Of a DNA stretch of 64,000 nt, positions 27,863 through 39,333 are shown one piece after another; within the stretch, counting starts at the first letter, position 1; each line of letters starts with the position of its first letter. The notes under the pieces are model-generated. The model saw only the letters and a list, made by a program, of their open reading frames with translations, had not been told where the DNA came from and did not search any database. The DNA lies in contig OZ241831.1 in NCBI GenBank assembly GCA_965202585.1, positions 31,248,001 to 31,312,000 on the forward strand, given 5' to 3'. Origin of the DNA: Thalia democratica (lineage: Eukaryota). A program made the translations under genes and the position numbers.

Positions 27863-30800
27863 TCAAATGTACATTTAAGGTAGCTTTAAAGTATCATTTT
27901 AACGTTGTTATAAAAAACATTTTTTTAGTTTGAAACTGAAAGTAGACCCAAAACGTGTAGTTTCAAAAACCTGCACAAAACTTCCCAAAATCAGTGGCAA
28001 TCTTAAAAATTAAACATAATTTATCTCTATTATTAAAAAAAATTCAAATTATAACTTAAATATTTTTAGGTTACAAAGATTAAAAATGCTTAAACTAATA
28101 GCAAGGTTGCCACACATAAGGGTACTCGGAATAACTCAAGACATTTTAAAAATCTAGAAATGTCAAGATGACTTTTTTTTTCAGGATGTTTAATTTATTT
28201 TTACCCGGATGATTCAGGAAAGTTCTTACTTTAATAAAAATCTTAGAATAGTTTAAAGATGTTATTTTTTTAAATATCAGGACAGATACCATCTAGAATG
28301 GGATTTAATTGATCCAGTTTCAATATTTTGTTGTTTTATATAACAAATTTTGTTTACGTATATAATTTTTATTGATTTAAAAATTAATATAATTATGTTT
28401 TAGCCATGGGAATACTTCTTCACTATTCATAGAAATAACAACTTAGTTTTTATTATTCTGAAATTAATATATATTATGATTTAAGTTAGTTCATGCAAGT
28501 GATTACTTTATGTTATAAAATTAAAGTTAGTCAATTAAAATTACAAAATAAAAATTCAAACAGTTTTCTACTCTATATAGAGTTAATTGACATAGTTGCA
28601 CAACATAATCAAAAATTTTTGTATTTAATTTTAATTGTTTTAAAACTTTAAACGTTAATGATTTGAAAACAGCTTTTAATAAAATGAGTAATTATCTAAT
28701 GCAAAAACATACACATGCAACCTTCAGGGTCAAAAAATTTGTAATTTATCAATTTAGACTAAAAAAACTAAAAAGACCTGAAATAGGAAATATTTAGAAA
28801 AAAACACCTGAAATTTCTAGCAAAATTCACTAAAATGGCTTAAAAAGCTGAAATTTAAACAGATTTTACATGTTAACTATTAAAATTTAAATTTTATCTT
28901 TAAATCTACAGTACAAATAAAAAAAATTTGTCATCATCAATTTTATTCATTAAAAAAACACACTAAAAATAACATTAAAGTATCTTTTCAAGGTTGATAT
29001 ACTAGTTTTTAACCTTAAACTCACCTAAAAACTAAAAATAGAACGGAAAAAGGAACCTTCCAGAAAAAATTGAAAAAACCTTGAAGAAAATTTTCAACAA
29101 AATTTGCAACCCTGATTCTTCTTTTTAATGATTAAGATAAAAAATAAACTTAAGGATTAAGTAGCTTGCGCCAGAGGAGAAATTTATTATAGAAGGACTT
29201 GTAAAAAATAACTCAGGATGATTTAGCACAATTTAAGGCAGGGAGAAAGCAGTGTAATATTTATTCAAGCGTGAAATTATTAACATGTAACAAACAAAAG
29301 TTTTATACGCTTTAGCACTTAATTGACATGAAAACTATTAGCATTTTACCAACTCTGGACTTCAAGGTCACTCAGAGACTAGAGAGTTTTTTTGAATCAA
29401 AGAGAAGCAAACATTTTACAGTAAAAGTTTGTTTATAACTGTTTTCTTAAATTAGAAAATTTAAGTTTAGAATAATTTATAAGATATGAACCAGTTAAAT
29501 TTAGTTATTCAGTAATTAGGAAACGTTTTTCTCATCATGATAAATTAAGATCAGGTGAATATTTGATTTTTGTTTAATTAATCTCAGATACGTTGTCTTA
29601 GAACAAAATTGTTAGTGTAAGTTAAAAAATATAAGTTATATTTACAAATACATTCAGTTTTATATAAATAAAGTAGATGCCTATCAATTAGTTGTAATAA
29701 ACCTTTTTTTTTTACTATTTTAAGAACGAGTTTAATGGCCAAAACTTATATATTTAATTGCTATACACTATTAACACTAAATTGAGCGAAAACAATAATT
29801 TGATACCTTTTGTAGGTTTTTTAAATAGTTTTTTTTTTAAATAACAAGTTCAAAAGTAAAGGTATGAAAAGTTTGTTAATTAACTTAACTAACTTTTACA
29901 TTTCATGAGCTGAACTTTTTGCTTGCTAAATTTTATAAAAGGAACAAAGTCGTAAATTAATTACGAAAAGGATATACATTTAAAAAGATAATTCAATTGT
30001 TAAATTAATTTAGTTTTTAGATAAAAATTATAGCTTAAATTTCAACAAAAATAAGTGGTCATTCAGTTTTTTATCAAACTTACAGCCAAAAAACCTGGAA
30101 ACCTGAATAACCTGAAACTTGACAATTTAGGCTAAAAAGCCTGGAAGATCTGGAATTTGAGAACTTCGAAAAAAATAACCTGGAATTTTGAACAAAAGTT
30201 ACTAAAAAACCTGGAATTTTAAACAATTTTCACATTTTTGATATTAATATTTCAATTGGACACAAAAAATATATCATAGAGATAAAAACTTTTATCGTTA
30301 TCAAATTTTTTTTATTAAGAAGCACATTTAAAGTAGCTTAACAGTATCTTTTTAATGTTTTTATATAGTGTAACACAGTTTTTTACTTTAAAATTTTTGT
30401 TTTAAACTAAGAAAAAACTCAACTTAATCTTTTCTAAACCTAAAGAAAATTTGCCACATACATCTGGCAACTCTGAATCTATTTGGTTAGTTTATGCAAT
30501 TTTGTAATTCAGTTTTTTTCTTAAACATTGTTTTTGACTGTCAATCAGTTTATCATTATTGCTTGAAAATCAATAAATTTAAATAATTACTCTTCTTTTA
30601 AAGTTAAGTATTTGCACAAACGAGGAATATATTTTTTCTAAAGAACAACTTAAGTAATCGATTTAAATGTTTCAAATTACAATTTCATTTATAACGTAGA
30701 TAGTTCATCTACTAGTCTGTGAATACAGTTCATTGTTTAAAAAGGCTCTTACTATTGTAGTTGAGGATGCAAATATTTCATAAACCATAAATTAAACAGC

Positions 30801-31419
30801 GTTGCTAAAAAAAACTGAAATTTGGTAATTTAGGCTAAAGTTACCTAGAAAGACATGAATATATTTTTGTTTAATTTGTAATTTCGAATAAAAATCACTA
30901 AAAATCTTTGAATTCTTAACAGTTTTTACAAGTATTAAGATTAATGTTCGACAAAAAAAATCTGTCGTATAGATAAATAAAACTTTGCCATCATCAATTT
31001 TTTTTTTTAAACACATTTAATCCATGTTAAAAAGAGATCTTTTCAAAAATTTCTATGCTATTTAACACACCTTAAACTAATTTTCAAACACAAAATAGAC
31101 CCAAAAGCGTGTAACTATGAAAAACTGGAAAATTTTTTGAATATTTGAAGCAAATTTGACAAAAAAAATTTGGCGACCCTTTCTAAACAAGCATCAACAC
31201 CATGCAGACGCTAATGGTGCATATTGATTGTGTCTGGATTTAATATTTTCTTGTATAGTTTAAGTTCAAAAAACATTAAAATATAAATAAGGTGGTGAGA
31301 TTTCCGGTTGAAACTGAAAATTGTAATAATGAACATTAGTAAAAAGTTTTAGTCTATCGAAAGTTTAATAACGAAAGGTATAAACAAACCTTGTTTTAAC
31401 TCGAGGTTGTTTCACGGCA

Positions 31420-31426
31420 TATAAAA
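31420..31426 (+). promoter_or_regulatory. Candidate TATA box of the second E2 gene
   Basis: TATAAAA in a locally GC-richer context (cacggcaTATAAAAgtccaggc), ~190 bp upstream of the ATG; weak evidence in so AT-rich a genome. Confidence 0.3.
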
Positions 31427-31617
31427 GTCCAGGCAAAGGCTTTGTGTTTTTTTCTTTATTTTTGTAGTTTATTTTAATTATACAGCAATATTAATTTGAT
31501 TTTATATACTATACTGAGTACAAAAACTCTACCAACTTTTTTTTCAAAAAAGAATATCATGAAAATTATCAGTATATACATAATGCAGCATTTGTTTAAA
31601 TATTGGTTTTGGTTATT

Positions 31618-32280
31618 ATGTCATCCAATCAAACAAACGAAATTGAAGACTATGTTAAGGAGTTAGATTTAAGGTGCTTTGAAGAAGTTTTTGGTACTGA
31701 AACTTGGAGCAATATTATCAATGCTCAGCGAAACGTATCGTCTTTGGATGCTTACAATAAGTCGGTACACTGCCAAAACTTCAAGATTGCTTCTGTAGAT
31801 GACAATGATCAGGAAACTACCGTTGCGAAACGAAGACTTCTAAAAGAGCTGAAAGAGATAAATATAAGCTCTCCAGCTTACATAAGCGCTTACTTAAAAG
31901 AAGACAACTTGTTAGAATGGGAAGCTTCGATTCAAGGACCTCTGAAATCTCCCTATGAAGGTGGAAAGTTTTTATTGAACCTAAAATTTTCTAAGGATTA
32001 TCCGTTTAAGCCACCAAAGGTTACTTTTAAGACCAAGATATACCACTGCAATATTAATAGCGACGGGTATATAAGCTTAGATCTTCTTGGTTCTAATTGG
32101 GCCCCTGCTATGTCTACAGAAAAACTTTTGTTGTCAATTCATTTGTTTTTTACCGACTGCAACCCTGTTGACTGTCTTGTGCCAGAAATAGCAGCTCAGT
32201 ACGTCAACAACCGCGAAGAACACGACAGAGTTTGCAGGGAATGGACAAAGAAGTACGCAACTGAAGAAGCTGAATTTTAG
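31618..32280 (+). CDS. Intronless UBE2D/E-like ubiquitin-conjugating-fold protein, active-site Cys replaced by Ser, with soluble N-terminal extension (~220 aa)
   Basis: RRLLKELKEI...WEASIQGP..SPYEGGKF.L..F..DYPFKPPKVTFKTKIYHCNINSDGYISLDLL; AGC at 32074-32076 in the Cys position; first ATG at 31618 (the ORF track starts at a TTG); 3' flank homologous to that of the 14116 gene through AATAAA. Confidence 0.92.
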   Translation: MSSNQTNEIEDYVKELDLRCFEEVFGTETWSNIINAQRNVSSLDAYNKSVHCQNFKIASVDDNDQETTVAKRRLLKELKEINISSPAYISAYLKEDNLLEWEASIQGPLKSPYEGGKFLLNLKFSKDYPFKPPKVTFKTKIYHCNINSDGYISLDLLGSNWAPAMSTEKLLLSIHLFFTDCNPVDCLVPEIAAQYVNNREEHDRVCREWTKKYATEEAEF

Positions 32281-33391
32281 TGACTTCATTGAATGAAGTA
32301 CTGTAATTTATTTGAACATTTGTAATTTATAATATGTTCCCAAGTTGAGTAGTACTTCGATAGAATAAACTTTAGATTAAATGTAAAACTGTTTCTATTT
32401 ATATGTGGGTAGTTGTATACAAGTTGCCTGAAATAAAGTACTTTAAGTTATAGATATAAGTTTTTTTTTTAAGTTTAAATTCATGCTTAAGTAACTTTGT
32501 GCAATATGCGTATACCCACAATGGTGATTATGATTAAAGTCCGTAGCTATGGACAATTCTTATACATAAATGTACACTGTAGAAATATTTTTTGTACATT
32601 CATGTATACAAAATAAAAAGTTATTAATATGTAAAAACTGATTTTTTTTTTACTTTTTGTTAATAAATTTTAGTTTAATGTATGCTAAAAGACAAGTTTA
32701 TATACTTGAATGATAAAATTTTAAAACAAAATCCTTAAACAAATTGCTCTGGTGAGTTACATGGTTCAAAATTTTGACTTAATATATGACGTAATATAAG
32801 AATTGAATTTGTGTAAATTTAAATGTTTCTTATCATTCGTGTTATTATTTGAAAACAGTTAACGGTAACTATTTGTTAAAGCTTAAGTTAGATGTCAAAA
32901 AACTGCGGCCCGCAATATCTAATTTATTTAAAAGCACACCTTTAGAAAAAAATTGTACTAAAACTAACAACTGGGCCTTAAGAAAAGTTAGAAATCTTAA
33001 ATTTTGTATTATTGCTTAATTTATAAGACTCGTGGTTTAAAAAAGTTCTTTTTATTGTTTTCTACAAATATTTCAAAAAAAAAATTGGTCAGTCAAGACA
33101 TTTTTAAACAGAGTAAAAATGCTTTTTCTAGGAAACTTGCAATTTATATAGCCTAGATAAATTGTAGTATTTATTCTAAAATGTATAAACTAGCCAAATA
33201 ATTTTATTTTCAATTAATTATATGCGTAAACTGTCGAGTTAGTTAGAAATCAAATAACAAGATTGATAATAAACTTTAATTTTCTGTTTTAATATTAGTT
33301 TTTAAAACATACATATTTTTAGATTCAAGCTAAACTACTTTAAATTTTAATAAATAAAATTTGCGTCTACTTTAATTACTTAAAAAAAAAT

Positions 33392-36063
33392 TTAAACAAA
33401 ACATAAATAGAAAAAAGGTGTAAGAATATATTTAATATATTAATTTGCCTAGAAAATTATACTTTTGTAGTTGATAAGAATAATAAAGCTTTTATAAACA
33501 AACAAAAACTCTTTTTAATTTTGTTTTGTATACATAAAACAAATACCTTATGAAAAGATGAATTAAAATAAAATTTACAAGCTAATATTTTTATAAATAA
33601 AGATGTTTATATTTTTAATATACGTAAATCAAGTAGTATAAAAAAATTCTAATTTGTTCAAAGAGTACATTAAGAAATTAAAACAGAACAACTTACAACT
33701 CAATAAAAACTTGGAAAAAACATATTTAAATTAAAATATACGTGTTCAATACCAAACAAAATGTTTAGAAACTAATTTGAACTCAAAATTAGGAAAAAAA
33801 TTAAAGCGTTGTAAGTTTTAACTAAGTATATTATATATAACTCATATTAAACTATAGTATGTGAAAGGAATTTAAAGCTTAACCAAAATTAATCTTGCAA
33901 ATTCTCAGCTTTATTTTTAAATGGCTAATAGGCATCTTAATTTATAAAAATTAATAATACTACACTAAATTGAAACGAAACTTAAAACTTTATTATTTGT
34001 CATCTGTTGTCGATAATTTCGATACTGTATGCTAAGGTTGAATATTGATTCGATATTCTAAAACAAATTACCAAAGACATTATTAACCACATTTTGGAAA
34101 CTTTTATTTGTTATATTAAACTTTCTAAATAAAGATTAACAACCGGTGATTCAAGATTAAATAGGTGTCTAGCTGCGACTTATCATCAACGATAGTTTCA
34201 CTTCTGTTTGGTCGTTGGAGTATTGGTTTAGACGTGAAATGGGTACGCTGAAACGTTTGTTAAATAATAATAAAGACACAGTTAACAAGGTTAAACAAAG
34301 CTAAACCTTACTGATCAGAAATGTTTTGAATATAGTTGAAACTACCATGTGTCGGTTCTGAGTCAAAACTAATTGAGAAAAAGATAGCTGACAAACCAAA
34401 GCTATTTTTCAGTAAATCCTAGGATTATTTTTACGTCTAAACCATTAATCCAACGATCAGGAAAAAACCCATTGTTAATAGAAGAAAAAAGTCTTGTAGT
34501 CTACTAGTTTAATAACAACTGTAAAAGTAGTTAAATTGGACAAACTTTGGGTCACCTAAAATGAATAATAGAGCATGTTCAAAAATGTATTATCTCAAAC
34601 ATCAGTGACAAAAAAGCTAAAAAACTGTAACAGTCGAAAATGCGATGAAAACATCAGCTATAGCTGAACATTTAGTAAACAATACTGGCTGTGGAAACAA
34701 ATTTGATTTTTCAAAATTTAGTATTACGAGTTAATGTTCAAATACTTTAGAGTCAATAAGACTAGACCCATTTTATACATTTGAATAAACCTTATTTATG
34801 CAAAAAGAAAAAAAACGTTATTATACTTGAGCCTTATTTAGTTAATAGCCGTTTTGTTTGAATTTCAATTTTACTTATAATATTACGCTTGAATTTAATT
34901 AATTGATGAACTAGTATGTTCTTTTAATATATATTGTTTATGTTTTGCTTTTTTTATTGTTTTAATTCTACTTTCTTACGAAAATTGATGAAATATTTTG
35001 GAAAAAAAAATAAAGTCATTTTTATTACTCGGAAAATTAAAAAAAAAGTTTTATGTTAAAATTATTAAAATAAAGTTTTTATCAATAAACAACAACTCTT
35101 TTTGTTTTCGTTTAAGAAACATTACACAAATACCTTATAAAATAATGTAATAAGAAAAATGTAATCTAATTTTTTTATGATTATAAACAGCTTTGGTTTT
35201 AATAAACATTACTTAAGTATTATAAGAAAATTTTAATTTAAAAAAAATATATATTATGATATTTAAGCAGAATAACTTATAATTCAATGGAAACTTGCAC
35301 AAAATTTAATTTAGATTAAAATATACATATCGAATTTAAACAAAATGTTAATAAACTAGTTTTAAACTAAAAATTAAGAAAAACATTGAAGGCGTTAATT
35401 GTTCTTAATAAAGCATATTAAATATTACTCAAAAAACTTATATGAATTGAAAGGAATTTAAAACATAGCTATAACTAAACTTACAACTACCACCCTTATT
35501 TTTTATATGGCTAATATGCATCTAAATTAAAAAAAAAAACACTACACTAAATTAAAAAAAACTAAAAACTATATTATTTTTTTCAAAAATTTTTTAGCAA
35601 TAATTTTGATACTTAATGCTTTGATTGATTATTGATTCAATATTTAAAAAAATCACCAAAGCTATTATTAACCATGTTTTCGAAAATTCGTTTTATTAAA
35701 CTCTTCAATTAAGACTTCAAAACCAGTGATTAAGTTTAAATTGAAAAATTAGACTATAAATAACTAGCTGTGACTTACCGTTAACGATAATTCCACTATT
35801 AATTATTTTATTAAACTATAATTTGATAGTACAAAGTTATTACTATTCAATACATATTTACTAAAAACAAGCTTTTTTTTTGTTGAACATTTTAGCTGTA
35901 GTTGCATTTTAAAATATTTATTAGTTAAAGTTTCTACATATGCTCAAAAAATAAACAAGTAAACCAGTTAATTCTTAATATTTATACTTTTAAGAGTTAA
36001 TTTTTTACGTAAAGTTAACGGAGTATATACATTTAAAAAATTTCATTTAAAACAGATTTAAAA
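33392..36063 (+). repeat. Tandem segmental duplication, unit 1 (~2.67 kb)
   Basis: Colinear with 36189-38859 throughout. Confidence 0.95.
34236..34845 (+). mobile_element. Penelope-like retroelement remnant (linker + GIY-YIG endonuclease), copy 1
   Basis: Decayed reading LKLPCVGSESKLIEKKI...VNPRIIFTSKP...KSLVVY*F...IGQT...SAIAEHL.NN..CGN.FDFSKF...KP.LCK, with stops and frameshifts. Confidence 0.8.
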
Positions 36064-36315
36064 AAAAGTTGTTTTTTTATAAAAGCTTTATTATTCTTAC
36101 CAACTACAAAAGTATAATTTTCTTGGCAAATTAATATATTAAATATATTCTAACACCTTTTTTCTATTTATGTTTTGTTTAAGACATCTTAAACAAAACA
36201 TAAATAGAAAAAAGGTGTTAGAATATATTTAATATATTAATTTGCCAAGAAAATTATACTTTTGTAGTTGGTAAGAATAATAAAGCTTTTATAAAAAAAC
36301 AACTTTTTTTTAAAT
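36056..36315. repeat. Perfect palindrome: 129-bp arms with a 2-nt (CA) spacer
   Basis: 36056-36184 is the exact reverse complement of 36187-36315. Confidence 0.95.
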
Positions 36316-38859
36316 TTTGTTTTGTATATATAAAACAAATACCTTATGAAAAGATGAATTAAAATAAAATTTACAAGCTAATATCTTTATAAATAAAGAT
36401 ATTTATGTTTTTAATAAACGTAAGTCAAGTAGTATAAAAAAAAATTCTAATTTGTTCAAAGAGTACATTAAGAAATTAAAACAGAACAACTTACAACTCA
36501 ATAAAAACTTGGAAAAAACATATCTAAATTAAAATATCCGTGTTCAATACCAAACAAAATGTTTAGAAACTAATTTGAACTCAAAATTAGGAAAAAAATG
36601 AAAGTGTTTTAAGTTTTAACTAAGTATATTATATTAAACTATAGTCGGTGGAAGGAATTTAAAGCTTAACCAAAATTAATCTTGCAAATCATCAGCTATA
36701 TTTTTAAATGGCTAATATGCATCTTAAATTTATAGAAATTAATAATACTACATTAAATTAAAACGAAACTTAAAACTTTATTATTTGTCATCTGTTGTCG
36801 ATAATTTCGATACTGTATGCTAAGGTTGAATATTGGTTCGATATTCTAAAACAAATTACCAAAGACATTACTAACCACATTTCGGAAAGTTTTATTTGTT
36901 ATATTAAACTTTCTAAATAAAGATTAACAACCGGCGATTCAAGATTAAACTGGTGCCTAGCTGCGACTTATCATCAACGATAGTTTCACTTCTGTTTGGT
37001 CGTTGGAGTATTGGTTTAGACGTGAAATGGGTACGCTGAAACGTTTGTTAAATAATAATAAAGACACAGTTAACAAGGTTAAACAAAGCTAAACCTTATT
37101 GATCAGAAATGTTTTGAATATAGTTGAAACTACCATATGTCGGTTCTGAGTCAAAACTAATTGAGAAAAAGATAGCTGACAAACCAAAGCTATTTTTCAG
37201 TAAATCCTAGGATTATTTTTACGTCTAAATCATTAATCCAACGATCAGGAAAAAACCCATTGTTAATAGAAGAAAAAAGTCTTGTAGTCTACTAGATTAA
37301 TAACAACTGTAAAAGTAGTTAAATTGGACAAACTTCCCGTCACCTAAAAACAAGAATAAAAGAGCATGTTCAAAATTGTATTATCTCGAACATCAGTGAC
37401 AAAAAAGATAAAAAACTGTAACAGTCAAAAATGCGATGAAAACATCAGCTATAGCTGAACATTTAGAAAACAATACTGGCTGTGGAAATAATTTTGATTT
37501 TTCAAAATTTAGTATTACGAGATAATGTTCAAATACTTGAGAGTTAACAAGACTAGACCCATTTTATACATTTAGATAAACCTTATTTATGCAAAAAGAA
37601 AAAACTTGATTATACTTGAGCCTTATTTAGTTAAAAGCCGTTTTGTTTGAATTTCAATTTTACTTATAATACTACGCTTTAACTTAATTAATTGATTAAC
37701 TAGTATGTTCTTTTAATATTTATTGTTTATGTTATGCTAATTTTATTGTTTTAATTCTACTTTCCTCACGAAAATTGATAAAATATATTGTAAAAAAAAT
37801 TAAAGTAATTTTTATTACTCGTTTTAATTAAATTTAAAATAAAGTTTAATGTTTAAATTATTAAAATAAAGTCTTTATCAATAAACAACAACTCTTTTTG
37901 TTTTCGTTTTAGAAACATTACACAAATACCTTATAAAATAATGTAATAAGAAAAATGTAATCTAATTTTTTTATGATTGTAAATAGCTTTGGTTTTAATA
38001 AACATTACTTAAGTATTATACGAAAATTTTAATTTAAAAAAAATATATATTATGATATTTAAGCAGAATAACTTATAATTCAATGGAAACTGGCACAAAA
38101 TTTAATTTAGATTAAAATATACATATTGAATTTAAACAAAATGTTAATAAACTAGTTTTAAACTAAAAATTAAGAAAAACATTGAAGGCGTTAATTGTTC
38201 TTAATAAAGCATATTAAATATTACTCAAAAAACTTATATGAATTGAAAGGAATTTAAAACATAGCTATAACTAAACTTACAACTGCCACCCTTATTTTTT
38301 ATATGGCTAATATGCATCTAAATTAAAAAAAAAAACACTACACTAAATTAAAAAAAACTAAAAACTATATTATTTTTTTCAAAAATTTTTTAGCAATAAT
38401 TTTGATACTTAATGCTTTGATTGATTATTGATTCAATATTTAAAAAAATCACCAAAGCTATTATTAACCATGTTTTCGAAAATTCGTTTTATTAAACTCT
38501 TCAATTAAGACTTCAAAACCAGTGATTAAGTTTAAATTGAAAAATTAGACTATAAATAACTAGCTGTGACTTACCGTTAACGATAATTCCACTATTAATT
38601 ACTTTATTAAACTATAATTTGATAGTACAAAGTTATTACTATTCAATACATATTTACTAAAAACAAGCTTTTTTTTTGTTGAACATTTTAGCTGTAGTTG
38701 CATTTTAAAATATTTATTAGTTAAAGTTTCTACATATGCTCAAAAAATAAACAAATAAACCAGTTAATTCTTAATATTTATACTTTTAAGAGTTAATTTT
38801 TTACGTAAAGTTAACGGAGTATATACATTTAAAAAAATTCATTCAAAACAGATTTAAAA
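36189..38859 (+). repeat. Tandem segmental duplication, unit 2
   Basis: Colinear with 33392-36063. Confidence 0.95.
37024..37634 (+). mobile_element. Penelope-like retroelement remnant (GIY-YIG), copy 2
   Basis: KLPYVGSESKLIEKKI...KSLVVY*INNNCKSS*IGQTSRHLKTRIKEHV...SAIAEHL...DKPYLCKKKKLDYT*ALFS: the VVY-x-YIGQT-x-RLKEH pattern of Penelope GIY-YIG domains. Confidence 0.85.
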
Positions 38860-39333
38860 TCGTATAATTAGATACGCTTCTTTTTTTAATTTGGTCTGTA
38901 AAAGTTTTAATTTACACTAAATTTTCTTAAAAATATCCTTTGCATTATCTGCACACATAACTTATTTTATTTTCCGTAACTAAACACTAGGTTTTTTAAA
39001 GAACAATATAAAAAAATTTTGAAAATTTGTTCATACATATAATTATATAAAAAATTGCTTTTAAATTTCGAAAATTTATAAACCAAAATTATATTAACAA
39101 ATGACCAATACATATATTTTATAAGTTCTTATACAATGATAAATGTAAAAGCGGCCAGCAGCTTATACTTTGAACAAAACATCAGACAAAATAAAAAATA
39201 AATCCAAGTTATAAATAAAATTCTCTAAGTTAGCTTTTAACTGTTGTCCAGATTCGAAGATCGTAGTTACAAGAAATCCTCCTCACTCAGAGTAAAAATT
39301 GGTAGCGGAAGTGGTTGCCTAGCAGCTTTTTAA

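Larger units (their letters stand above)
23719..31180 (+). mobile_element. Cluster of MITE family A copies: ~23719-24112, 24966-25350, 26772-27183, 27240-28004 (nested copy 27491-27862), 28725-29114, 30083-30475, 30797-31180
   Basis: Each copy has intact or degenerate cagggttgcca / tggcaaccctg ends, aacctggaa repeats and the shared body atttaaagtagct...agtatcttt...accttaaa. Confidence 0.8.

Noticed and set aside
361-30992. Remaining 60-107-aa ORFs rich in F/L/I/K/N (e.g. 361, 2119, 5321, 17293, 20825, 21240, 23009, 25638, 30792)
   Set aside because: Composition is that expected by chance in very AT-rich DNA or repeat sequence, many start at non-ATG codons, and none has a recognisable motif.
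34845-35060. Hammerhead in the 3' region of the Penelope remnants
   Set aside because: Only ttgatgaa-type fragments; no CTGANGA core with paired stems in either copy.
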